Virus record (IMG/VR): IMGVR_UViG_3300042991_000725
Span: 123,632 to 154,404 of that record
DNA from: a virus
Lineage: Duplodnaviria; Heunggongvirae; Uroviricota; Caudoviricetes
DNA length: 30,773 nt
Reading direction: 5' to 3' (one strand)
Every line of letters begins with the position of its first letter. Positions within the stretch are counted from its first letter, which is position 1. Under the pieces are notes generated by a model that worked only from the letters and a program-made list of their open reading frames with translations, ran no database searches and had not been told where the DNA came from. Shown one piece after another: positions 22,237 to 30,773 of the stretch. The position numbers were made by a program, and so were the translations under genes.

Positions 22237-24735
22237 ATGGCAAATGGATGGTGGAGGAATGCAGCGGCCGATAACAATTTAAATAATGCCGCAAACTGGT
22301 ATGATGCAGAGTCTGGTGGCAGTCTTTTGGGTCGTGTACCAACTACTGGCGACAATGCTTATTTTTCGGCGACTGCTTCTTCGGCCAACGCCACTGCTTC
22401 TGCTGTTTTTGCTTGCGATGCGATTGATTGCACTGCGGCAGGACATGGTGGCACTGGTGACTATGGCGGCACAATTGATTTTGCAACCTTTGGTCTTACG
22501 CTGACTGAAATTTCCCAGTTTGAGGATGTTGATTTTGGTTCTGGCACACACACAGTAGCTTTCATTTATTTCAAGGGTACTGTTGATTTTGCTTCTTGTA
22601 CGATAACTTTTTCTTCGGTCTGCAGTCTTAACGGTGCAACAAGCGTGACCAAGGGAACGAGTACATTAAAGTTCGCTGGTACTACCGATTTGATAGCAGG
22701 GAGTGGTTCTGGGAAGGACGACTTCTACAAAATAGAGGTTGTTTCTGGGACTTTGACACACTACGATTCTTACGATTGGACAATTTCGAATAACTTGAAG
22801 GTTGATGGAACACTTTCAATTCCAAATGGCAGGAAAGAAACTCTTACTGGAACAGCTACAGTCACAGGGTCAGGAACAATTAGTAATGCTTCTACAGGCA
22901 AGATTGTTTATGCATCTACTGCCACATATGATTTTGCAGGAACTCAATCTGCAATCGTAGAATTCAAGGAATCTTGCACAATAAATGCACATACTTACGG
23001 TGATGAGGTTCGAGTTTATAATGACGCCGGAACTGGAACTGTTACGATTACTCCGGGAGCTGGGACGCACACCTTCAACGGTGATATTAGCAATGAGGGA
23101 ATGGTGGCTGGAGGCACATGTATCTTTGCTCTCAATACAAACAATCCAACCTTTGATGTCAACGGTTCTGTGACATTCAGCGCTACCGATGGAACATTCA
23201 CTGTCAATTTTGGAACCTCTACTATAGATTGTTGTTGCAATGTTAATATCCAAGCCATAACTACCATTACCGGAACCCCCACTTGGAATCTCACCGGGGC
23301 AGGAGCGGGCACGCAAACAATTGAGTTCTTCTATATGAATGTAGGGAATATCGTAGTGAATGACGCCGGAGCCACAAAGCGATTTTCGTCTGACGGTTTC
23401 ATTTGCACCAATTTTACCTTGACTGCTGGAACGGTAGACAATTCTGCGAATAATCCGCCGATGACTATAAAAGGCGATGTTGTGATAGATGCTGGAGCTA
23501 CATACACTTATGGATCAGGGACAATCACTATAGCCGGGACGGTAGCGCAAGATATAGATTTTGGCGCGAAAAGAGTCGAGAATTTGGTAGTGACGAATAA
23601 CTCTGCGATTGTTACTTTCTCTAATGATTTTGATACTTATAACTTCTTGTGCACTGTTATAGGGGCACAATTAGTTTTCTATGCAAGTGGTCTTTTCAAT
23701 ATTATAGCCGGTGGTTTATTTACAGTGACCGGGAACAGTTCTACAGATACAGTAATTAATTCTGGTACTGTAACTAGTCCAGCTTATATTGATTTGCCAC
23801 TCAAGACAAATATTGCATATTGTGACATAAGGGACATCCATAATACGAGCATAACAACACAGGATGTTTCGTTCTGTGATGATTTGACTGGCAATAGCGG
23901 TTTGATTTTCGTAGAAGCGTATATTTGGAATGGGGGGGGGGGAGACGAATTGGCTACGACTGGGGCAAATTGGATTGGCGGTAGCGTTCCGGCAGCTGGC
24001 TATCCGCTTTATTTTGGATCGACAAGCCCGAAAAACTGCACATATGATCTTTCCGCAAATTATACAAATATGGATCTCGATATGGAGTATACAGGGACAG
24101 TTACCCTTGGAGCGAATTTAAACATATCTGCAAATTTGACAGTTAATAATGGAGTATTAGATTTCGGTAGTTCTAATTCTATTGAAATAGGCGGCACATT
24201 AACGTTGGCTTCTGGTGGTGGGTTTGTTTTGAATGATGCAAATGTTTACTGTCTTGGCGATGTTAGTTTGGACGGCGGTGCGTCTCTATCCCCAGGAAGC
24301 AGCATTATCCACATCAATGGAACGGTCGTGCAAGACGTTTCTATCAACAACTTGCCCATTTACGACATCAATTGTTCAAACACTACGTCGTTGATTACAT
24401 TCTCGACTGGCGTCATTGGGAATAGCTTTGTAATACAGCCGTCTGTTTATATTCAATTCCAAGATAACGAGACTTTTGTTTTTGATAGTCTGGATTGGCA
24501 AGGTAAAGGTACTGACCATATTTATCTAGAGAGTGTTTCTGGTGGAGCGTGGTATCTAGACGTAAGCGGCACCGCCATTGTTAACTATGTCGAAGTGTCA
24601 GATTCAGACGCGTCTGGTGGTATTGAAATAGAGACTACAAACTCTTTGGACAATGGCGATAATATCAACTGGGTTTTTGGTCCTACTGGTTTGCTGAAAG
24701 TTGGTAATCACCTTTTGCTTATGGGCGTTGGATAG
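22237..24735 (+). CDS. Large beta-helix/adhesin-like fibre protein with two tandem modules
   Basis: 832 aa, rich in Thr/Gly/Ser/Asn beta-strand repeats. Each module opens with W...ANW...P...F and closes with D..GN/DN..xF. Ends LLLMGVG. SD AGGAG. Confidence 0.65.
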   Translation: MANGWWRNAAADNNLNNAANWYDAESGGSLLGRVPTTGDNAYFSATASSANATASAVFACDAIDCTAAGHGGTGDYGGTIDFATFGLTLTEISQFEDVDFGSGTHTVAFIYFKGTVDFASCTITFSSVCSLNGATSVTKGTSTLKFAGTTDLIAGSGSGKDDFYKIEVVSGTLTHYDSYDWTISNNLKVDGTLSIPNGRKETLTGTATVTGSGTISNASTGKIVYASTATYDFAGTQSAIVEFKESCTINAHTYGDEVRVYNDAGTGTVTITPGAGTHTFNGDISNEGMVAGGTCIFALNTNNPTFDVNGSVTFSATDGTFTVNFGTSTIDCCCNVNIQAITTITGTPTWNLTGAGAGTQTIEFFYMNVGNIVVNDAGATKRFSSDGFICTNFTLTAGTVDNSANNPPMTIKGDVVIDAGATYTYGSGTITIAGTVAQDIDFGAKRVENLVVTNNSAIVTFSNDFDTYNFLCTVIGAQLVFYASGLFNIIAGGLFTVTGNSSTDTVINSGTVTSPAYIDLPLKTNIAYCDIRDIHNTSITTQDVSFCDDLTGNSGLIFVEAYIWNGGGGDELATTGANWIGGSVPAAGYPLYFGSTSPKNCTYDLSANYTNMDLDMEYTGTVTLGANLNISANLTVNNGVLDFGSSNSIEIGGTLTLASGGGFVLNDANVYCLGDVSLDGGASLSPGSSIIHINGTVVQDVSINNLPIYDINCSNTTSLITFSTGVIGNSFVIQPSVYIQFQDNETFVFDSLDWQGKGTDHIYLESVSGGAWYLDVSGTAIVNYVEVSDSDASGGIEIETTNSLDNGDNINWVFGPTGLLKVGNHLLLMGVG
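23932..23942 (+). repeat. G11 homopolymer inside the fibre gene
   Basis: AAT-GGGGGGGGGGG-AGAC, encoding N-G-G-G-G-D at about codon 566. Confidence 0.9.
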
Positions 24736-24743
24736 GGGGTAGT

Positions 24744-25022
24744 ATGTCACCTAGGAAAGATTTGTCAGATACTCAGATACTCACGGCCATATATGAAAAT
24801 GTCATAGAGACCAATGACAAGCTAAATAGCATACATGTTGAGTTTGTCCAACATATAAGCGACAAAAGTATACATTCTGCTCATGAAATATGCGAAAAAC
24901 TAAAGACCCATTTGATAGAAGCGCATGACGATAAGATACTGGGGATAAAAGCGAAAATTGCCTATGTAGTTGTAGTTTTCGGTGCTTTATTGACATTTAT
25001 TATTTCTAAGTTCTCTAAATAA
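24744..25022 (+). CDS. Small protein with a C-terminal transmembrane helix (holin/XhlA-like topology)
   Basis: Soluble helical N-terminus, then IAYVVVVFGALLTFII and a basic tail. No endolysin is visible in the window, so lysis function is unproven. Confidence 0.4.
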   Translation: MSPRKDLSDTQILTAIYENVIETNDKLNSIHVEFVQHISDKSIHSAHEICEKLKTHLIEAHDDKILGIKAKIAYVVVVFGALLTFIISKFSK

Positions 25023-25023
25023 T

Positions 25024-25743
25024 ATGGGAAAAGACAAACTTACTCTAGAGCAAAAAGCCGAAATATATAAGACGGGCAGAGAGTATGTTATAGAAACAAA
25101 GAGTAAATTTGCTAAGGTTTGGGATTTTTTGAGTCGTAGCAACTGGTCGGTTCTTATTATAGTGATCGTTAGTTTCATGTCTTTATTATGGTTCCATAAC
25201 AATATTCTTAAGCCGTTCATGTTTAGGGTTATGGGGATACAGAAAACTGTAAATGGATATGTTGAGATTCAGCCAGAGTTCGAATTGTTTAGTGAGGCTC
25301 CGCCTACACGTGAATGTAGTACAAAGATCACATTAAAGGGTAAGGTTGAGGATGGGGGCAAGCTTGTAAAGAAAGACCTTTCTTGTTTTGTTGATAATAA
25401 GGGTCGAGTATATGCAAAACGTGAAGATGTTAGCAGTATTCACGTAGTAAATAAAGAAGCAAAGTTTGATTTCAGGTTCCAGCCGGGGATTGGCGTATTA
25501 TATTCTCCTATGACTGATGAGATCGAAGATATTATTAATGGTGCCATATTTGTCAGTCCATTGGAAATATATCGTAAAGTTGATGTTGATATTTATGCGA
25601 ATCATCTTCGTGCAGGAGGCGGATTGTCTATTAGATTGCCGTGGCGCATGTTGTCTAATACATTTGTAGGTGCTGGCATTGCTGTCCCATATGACAATCT
25701 TGTAATACGCGAAGGTGTTATTTATTGTAAGGTTAATTTCTAG
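25024..25743 (+). CDS. Membrane-anchored hypothetical protein with a beta-strand-rich C-terminus
   Basis: Transmembrane segment WSVLIIVIVSFMSLLWF. The C-terminal amphipathic strands end in ...GVIYCKVNF. Confidence 0.55.
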   Translation: MGKDKLTLEQKAEIYKTGREYVIETKSKFAKVWDFLSRSNWSVLIIVIVSFMSLLWFHNNILKPFMFRVMGIQKTVNGYVEIQPEFELFSEAPPTRECSTKITLKGKVEDGGKLVKKDLSCFVDNKGRVYAKREDVSSIHVVNKEAKFDFRFQPGIGVLYSPMTDEIEDIINGAIFVSPLEIYRKVDVDIYANHLRAGGGLSIRLPWRMLSNTFVGAGIAVPYDNLVIREGVIYCKVNF

Positions 25744-25752
25744 GAGCACAAA

Positions 25753-26214
25753 ATGTCAACAAATTCTTCACTTATAGGCTGGATTCGTTCAGATGTGGGC
25801 GACGACGCAACTACCCCCAAATATACTGATGCCAACATCAATACTTATATCGACAAGGCTGTCAATGTTATATTGCGCAGTAGGCTGGGCACAGATGACT
25901 TTAATTACACTTCGGCTAGTGGAGTCTTGGACCCAGATCCTTCTGGTGTTACTCATAAAGAGTGTGCTGTAAAAGAGCTTGTTGTTTTTACTGTTGAAGA
26001 CATTATTTATAAACGTGAATATAGGGATAGTACACGTAAGGGCATTAAAATTCAGGACGGAGACACGTCTGTTGATACAAGCGCCGCAATCGGCGGATAC
26101 AAGGATTTGATTTATGGAAAAGATGGATCAATTATAAAGTTAGAGAGAGCGATAAGAAGTTTTGTTCTTTGTTCCGGTGACGGGTCTGGAGGAGGCGCTT
26201 CGGCGTATTACTAA
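25753..26214 (+). CDS. Putative head-tail adaptor/connector
   Basis: 153 aa. LIGWIRSDVGD...YTDANINTYI resembles the IRxxIGD...xTDxEI start of helical head-completion proteins. IKIQDGDTSV hairpin. SD TAGGAG. Confidence 0.6.
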   Translation: MSTNSSLIGWIRSDVGDDATTPKYTDANINTYIDKAVNVILRSRLGTDDFNYTSASGVLDPDPSGVTHKECAVKELVVFTVEDIIYKREYRDSTRKGIKIQDGDTSVDTSAAIGGYKDLIYGKDGSIIKLERAIRSFVLCSGDGSGGGASAYY

Positions 26215-26303
26215 ATGCGTAATTTTGTTAAACCAAAGTTAAATGCCGATCAACAAAAAATGGTGTGTAAGCTGGTTATAGCCTATTATTAAGGCATAAA
26301 AAA

Positions 26304-26549
26304 ATGATTATTCCTCCATATGTAGAACTATGTTTGATGCCCCAAGAACTTTATTCAGAGATACCTTGCAACTTTGTACTGAAGAAGTTGGGTCGTCCTT
26401 GGATGGTTGGTAAGCGGGTTGGCGTTTTGTTTGATGACGTAGCCCAAGGGCGTAAGTGGTTGGTGTATTATTTTGAGCAGGAGCCTTCCAAAGGAACTTA
26501 TAATGGGTGGACTGCCCAAGAGTACGAGATAGAGGCATACAATGGCTAA
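26304..26549 (+). CDS. Hypothetical protein (81 aa)
   Basis: Overlaps the next ORF by 8 nt and fills the gap. No family recognised. Confidence 0.5.
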   Translation: MIIPPYVELCLMPQELYSEIPCNFVLKKLGRPWMVGKRVGVLFDDVAQGRKWLVYYFEQEPSKGTYNGWTAQEYEIEAYNG

Positions 26550-26859
26550 CCCCACCAAAGAAGAAGTTTTGGCTATGCCTCTGGTCGATTGGGTAGAGGA
26601 CGACTGCTCTTTCAAAATCGGCAATTCAGATACTCAGTGGCATGAGGGCAAAAGAATAGTACAAACCCATTCTACTGACAACAAGAAGTTCTGGATTTTG
26701 GTTTATTATATGGGCTTAGATGGTTTTACGAATCTTTATGGCACAAAGGTGAAAGTTAAGGAGGCAAAAACTAAGAGGTGTTTGAATTGCGATGGATTAG
26801 TAGAGGAAGACGGTAAATGTATTAAGGATTCAGATAGGAATAAGGTAAAGGATAAATAA
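26542..26859 (+). CDS. Hypothetical protein (105 aa) with a CxxC...C near the C-terminus
   Basis: SD GAGG, TAATG overlap with the next start, CLNCDG...GKC. Confidence 0.55.
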   Translation: MANPTKEEVLAMPLVDWVEDDCSFKIGNSDTQWHEGKRIVQTHSTDNKKFWILVYYMGLDGFTNLYGTKVKVKEAKTKRCLNCDGLVEEDGKCIKDSDRNKVKDK

Positions 26860-27018
26860 TGGCAACTAGAGAACAAAAAGACGTTACCTATATCTATGCC
26901 TTATGCGATCCGGATACGGAAACTGAGTGACGATAATGGATTAAGTAATGCAAATATTTATAAAGTTGTTTGTGGAAAATATAAACAATGCAATGGATGG
27001 AGTTTCATTTCTAAATAA
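26859..27018 (+). pseudogene. Internally deleted GIY-YIG homing endonuclease remnant
   Basis: 26859-26930 reads MATREQKDVTYIYALCDPDTETE*, the YIYAL.DP start of phage GIY-YIG nucleases. A second frame (26923-27018) reads LSDDNGLSNANIYKVVCGKYKQCNGWSFISK*, a NUMOD1-like C-terminal DNA-binding motif. Confidence 0.6.
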
Positions 27019-27047
27019 CCTATAGAAAAAAAGAACGAGGTAGCATA

Positions 27048-28580
27048 ATGGCTGCAAGAACGTGGACAGGCGCGGTAGACGCGGATGGAAATAATAGCGG
27101 AAATTATTCCGGTGCTGGCGCATTGTTGACATCAGACGACTTGACTTGGAATGGTTCTGCTGTCGGCAATTGCACTTTCACTGGCGCTCTTTCTGTTAAA
27201 TCTTTGACCGTTAGTTCTGCGTATACGGGGGCGTGGTCAGATGGAGGTCAAACTTTAACTCTTGCTGGTGGTTTTAATTTTGATGATAGTGGTGCAGGGA
27301 TAATTGCGTTCACAGGAACGGTAAATGTAACAGCCACAGGAACTTGGGCAAGCACTCTCAGTTTGAATAATTTGACTACTACGGCAGGGACTTCTGCAGT
27401 TACAATATCTGGAACAGTTATCGTCGCAGGAACATATACTAATTCAAATACCGGAACAGTGTCGGTTTATACGGGGACACTTATTTTCCAGGGCAATATT
27501 GCCGGTGCTGGTACGGGGGTTTTTGGTGGAGGTTCAGGAAATGCGGATTTTCAATTTACTGGAACTGGCGATAAAACATTTACATATGTGGCCTCCACGT
27601 TTGGTGCAGGTAGTGGGACAATAACTATTAATAAAGCATCAGGGAGACTATCTCTCCAACAGAATTCTTCTTGGTTGGGGAATATTGCTATTTCCTCTGG
27701 AGAACTTAATTGTAATACAAAGACCTTTACTATGATCACAGCACTAAAAACATTGACTGTGGGGGGAGGTACATTTACGGGTAGTAGCGCTACAAACACT
27801 TTGCGTAGCGTCAATATGTCGAGTGGGGTATTTACTGCAACAAGCGGAACTGCTGCAGTGCAAGGAAATTTTGTTGTATCGGGAGGAACATTTACGCATA
27901 GCAATGGGACTGTCAATGTTGGATTAACGAGTACAACATGTACTGTTACTTGCGCTCAAGATTTTTATAATCTATCAGTGCCCAACGCGGCTTCTGCCGT
28001 TATGGAGTTTGGCTCAAATATTGCAGTGACCAATAATTTTGGTGGTTCTGCAGGCTCACAAACTGCCACTGTTGATACAAAAGGTTATAATTTGACGGTC
28101 ACTGGGACTTTAAATATAGGAATCTCAGGCATTGCAACTTTTAAAAATACAGGCGATGAAACAATTGCTTATGGAACATTGTCGTTGGGCTTATTGTCAA
28201 ATGTAATGTATACCGCCACTTCCGGAACTCGCAGTATTCGTAATTGGGCGTATGTGAGTCTTACAATCAATGGAGCTGGTGGGACATTTACTTGTGCTAC
28301 TGCGAAGATTTGTACTGGCACTTTGACAATGTCTGCCGGAACATTTGGCGATAGTGGTCAGTCTTTAACTGCGGAAAGTTTCGCTTGGACTGGCGGAACG
28401 TTGATTCGTCCTTTTGTGATTTTCACAACAGGTGGGACCGAATGGACCTTGCCTGCAGAGGCTGATGTTAAAAATGGAGATTCGGTTGGTATGGGCACGG
28501 GAACGTATATACCGAGTGGCGGTGGCGGTGGAGGTTCAATAATCGGCTCTAGTATTATAACAGTCCTGGAGGTAGTATGA
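27048..28580 (+). CDS. Beta-helix/adhesin-like fibre protein
   Basis: 510 aa, very rich in Thr/Gly/Ser (TLTVGGGTFTGSS, NFVVSGGTFTHSNGTV). N-terminal ARTWTGA...GN motif resembles 22237. Gly6 linker near the C-terminus. SD GAGG. Confidence 0.65.
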   Translation: MAARTWTGAVDADGNNSGNYSGAGALLTSDDLTWNGSAVGNCTFTGALSVKSLTVSSAYTGAWSDGGQTLTLAGGFNFDDSGAGIIAFTGTVNVTATGTWASTLSLNNLTTTAGTSAVTISGTVIVAGTYTNSNTGTVSVYTGTLIFQGNIAGAGTGVFGGGSGNADFQFTGTGDKTFTYVASTFGAGSGTITINKASGRLSLQQNSSWLGNIAISSGELNCNTKTFTMITALKTLTVGGGTFTGSSATNTLRSVNMSSGVFTATSGTAAVQGNFVVSGGTFTHSNGTVNVGLTSTTCTVTCAQDFYNLSVPNAASAVMEFGSNIAVTNNFGGSAGSQTATVDTKGYNLTVTGTLNIGISGIATFKNTGDETIAYGTLSLGLLSNVMYTATSGTRSIRNWAYVSLTINGAGGTFTCATAKICTGTLTMSAGTFGDSGQSLTAESFAWTGGTLIRPFVIFTTGGTEWTLPAEADVKNGDSVGMGTGTYIPSGGGGGGSIIGSSIITVLEVV

Positions 28581-30773
28581 AACAGTATAAACTCGAACAG
28601 TTTTGGGAATTTGCATTTCAGACTCAAAATCCTAGTACTGGAGCAGCTGTTGATGCAGACAGTTTGCCTACATATAGGGTGTACGAGGAAAATAATAGCG
28701 TCGTTATTGGCACCGGCGACTGTTTGAAGCGTGACGACACAAATACTATTGGTTATTATTATGCTAGAGGATTGTGTGCTTCGGCTTCTGGATTTGAGAC
28801 GGGCAAGAATTATGATGTTAGAGTAGAAGCTACAGTTAGTGCTGCGTCTGGTGCCGGTTTGATTGGTAATTTCGAGGTTGTTCCTGTCACTGTTTGGGAC
28901 TCTATGTTTGGTGGTACGGACAATCTTGAAGTGGACGCTGTTCAGATTTCTGGTGATGGCACCGCCGCAGATAGTCTTGAGCTCCAGTTTGATGGGACTG
29001 GTGTGACAGGAGACACTTATCCGGCAAGGCAGGACCAAGTTGATACTATCGCTGTTACAGGATCTGCTATTAACGAACCGGCAGAATCGTTTACTCTTAC
29101 ATCTGGCGCACAAACTGGGACGTTTAGCGATACGGTAGCAAGAGACACCGACTACCACTTATTGCAGGATTTGGCTGCTGGCGGTATTATTGATGGCTAT
29201 TATCAGTTTGATGTTGGTGCCGATGGAGTCCCTGTTACTTGTCAAATATTTGGCAGGGCTAATGGTTTGAATGACCCAATAGGGATATATGGCTGGGATT
29301 GGACCGGCGTAGGTTCTTGGGTTCAGGTTTTTACCCTTCCTGGAACCAATTTAGCTACTGATATTTCTTACACCTTCGGTTTATATACCAATATGGTTGG
29401 CACTGGCGTCAATCTTGGGAAAGTAAGAATCCGCTTATATAACACCGGACTTTCTTCTCCAAGCACCCGTATTAATCAAATTTATGTTTCTTATGCGGTT
29501 GTTCGACGTACAATTGGATACGAAGGCGGAGCCATTTGGATTGATACGGTTAATGGCAATGCCGGGACTACTACTTTCACGAATGGCACCGCCGACAATC
29601 CAGTAAGCACTTTGGCTGATGCTTTGACTTTAGCTGCCGCTTTGAAAATTTATAAGTTGTATATAGCCAATGGCTCAAGCATAACCCTTGCAGCCTCTGC
29701 TGACAATTATGATTTCAATGGTCGTGGCTGGACTCTTGCGCTTGGTGGTCAGTCAATATCTGCCTCTGTTATCACTGGGGCAATCGTTACTGGCACGGCT
29801 ACTGGAGTAATCACGCCACACTTCTATGACTGCGATTTTGGGAATGGGTCTGCTGACCTTTCTCTACCAGCTCATATAGCAACTAATTGCAGAATGCATG
29901 TGACCGGATCTTATGCTGTTACGGTAGGCTCTGGAGTCACAATTTGGGAACGTTGTTGTTCTGCCGTAGCAGGGAATGTAACTCCTAGAATGATTTTCTC
30001 AACAGATACTGACTTTAATGTTCGTGGTTATTATGGTGGGCTGCAATTCGAATCCATGGGGGCGTCGAATTTGGCATCTTACGACTGTCCCGCAGGTCAA
30101 TTGAAATTGGCAGCATCTTGTACTGGGGGCATTATTCGTAGAGCAGGATTTCAGAGACTGACGGATAGTTCTGGTCTTGTCACGATTACAGATGGCTATG
30201 GCATGACGATAAGCACTGATGCTGATGAAAAAGTGACTCTTATATCCGCTTACGATGCGGCAAAAACAGCGGCTCAAGCTGGCGACGCAATGACGCTTAC
30301 CGTAGGTTATGACGCAGCAAAAACAGCCGCGCAAGCTGGCGACGCAATGACGCTTATTGCAGGTTATGACGCAGCAAAAACAGCCTCGCAAGTTGGCGAC
30401 GCAATGACGCTTACCGTAGGTTATGACGCAGCGAAAACAGCCTCGCAAGCTGGCGACGCAATGACGCTTACCGTAGGTTATGACGCAGCAAAAACAGCCT
30501 CGCAAGTTGGCGACGCAATGACGCTTACCGTAGGTTATGACGCAGCAAAAACAGCCGCGCAAGCTGGCGACGCAATGACGCTTACCGTAGGTTATGACGC
30601 AGCAAAAACAGCCGCGCAAGCTGGCGACGCAATGACGCTTATTGCGGGTTATGACGCAGCAAAAACAGCCGCGCAAGCTGGCGACGCAATGACGCTTATT
30701 GCAGGTTATGACGCAGCAAAAACAGCCGCGCAAGCTGGCGACGCAATGACGCTTATTGCAGGTTATGACGCAG
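28577..30773 (+). CDS. Tailspike/fibre-like protein, 3' truncated by the window (at least 732 codons); not in the ORF track
   Basis: ATGA overlap and SD GGAGG. I translated it stop-free to the end of the window (MKQYKLEQFWEFAFQTQNPSTGAAVDADSLPTYRVYEE...). GTADNPVSTLADALTLA resembles the cap preceding pectin-lyase-like beta-helices. Ends in 19-aa repeats. Confidence 0.75.
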   Translation, partial: MKQYKLEQFWEFAFQTQNPSTGAAVDADSLPTYRVYEENNSVVIGTGDCLKRDDTNTIGYYYARGLCASASGFETGKNYDVRVEATVSAASGAGLIGNFEVVPVTVWDSMFGGTDNLEVDAVQISGDGTAADSLELQFDGTGVTGDTYPARQDQVDTIAVTGSAINEPAESFTLTSGAQTGTFSDTVARDTDYHLLQDLAAGGIIDGYYQFDVGADGVPVTCQIFGRANGLNDPIGIYGWDWTGVGSWVQVFTLPGTNLATDISYTFGLYTNMVGTGVNLGKVRIRLYNTGLSSPSTRINQIYVSYAVVRRTIGYEGGAIWIDTVNGNAGTTTFTNGTADNPVSTLADALTLAAALKIYKLYIANGSSITLAASADNYDFNGRGWTLALGGQSISASVITGAIVTGTATGVITPHFYDCDFGNGSADLSLPAHIATNCRMHVTGSYAVTVGSGVTIWERCCSAVAGNVTPRMIFSTDTDFNVRGYYGGLQFESMGASNLASYDCPAGQLKLAASCTGGIIRRAGFQRLTDSSGLVTITDGYGMTISTDADEKVTLISAYDAAKTAAQAGDAMTLTVGYDAAKTAAQAGDAMTLIAGYDAAKTASQVGDAMTLTVGYDAAKTASQAGDAMTLTVGYDAAKTASQVGDAMTLTVGYDAAKTAAQAGDAMTLTVGYDAAKTAAQAGDAMTLIAGYDAAKTAAQAGDAMTLIAGYDAAKTAAQAGDAMTLIAGYDA
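30251..30773 (+). repeat. Coding tandem repeat, 57-bp unit (YDAAKTAAQAGDAMTLTVG), 9 full copies plus a partial copy
   Basis: Units start at 30251, 30308, 30365, 30422, 30479, 30536, 30593, 30650, 30707 and 30764. Variants are TLTVG/TLIAG and AAQAG/ASQVG/ASQAG. Confidence 0.95.

Noticed and set aside
6575-25753. Amber (TAG) recoding or readthrough, because TAG stops at 6577, 7620 and 25743 are each followed 9 nt later by an in-frame ATG
   Set aside because: The stops overlap or abut the next Shine-Dalgarno (TAGGAG, TAGGGAGG), which fixes this spacing. Other TAG stops (246, 15910, 24735) are out of frame with the next gene. Long ORFs are not fragmented under the standard code, and the fusions would make no sense.
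29999-30733. Cys-rich 244-aa minus-strand ORF
   Set aside because: It is simply the reverse complement of the 57-bp repeat. The + frame has the start, SD and protein-like content.
30251-30773. CRISPR array
   Set aside because: The units are contiguous 57-mers with no unique spacers, keep the reading frame of a protein, and no cas genes are present.

Overview
This window is a 30.8 kb piece of a large tailed dsDNA phage genome (Caudoviricetes-type). All credible genes are on the + strand and use the standard code. Bases 1-9463 hold a tightly overlapping sugar synthesis, transfer and modification cluster: an SDR, a NeuB-family nonulosonate synthase, three GT-A/GT2-like proteins (two are tandem paralogues), a DUF268-like protein and two other methyltransferase-like proteins, a PIG-L deacetylase, an NDP-sugar epimerase and a GT4. 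A ClpP-like gene sits inside the cluster. The cluster runs without gaps into an ERCC4 nuclease and a large terminase carrying two inteins. The head module follows: portal, protease-scaffold with a nested scaffold start, decoration protein and major capsid protein. Next is a separately punctuated cassette with a nine-HTH/PD-(D/E)xK nuclease gene and a complete tmRNA (tag GNIMKLAPARLAA). The rest encodes beta-rich fibre/adhesin-like proteins, small membrane proteins, a head-tail adaptor and a deleted GIY-YIG endonuclease remnant. A final ORF, absent from the supplied track, runs off the end in a 57-bp coding tandem repeat. A motif GGTGTATAT-WWW-A-N-TAG precedes three structural starts and is a candidate phage late promoter. 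All protein family calls come from motif recognition by eye, not database searches.
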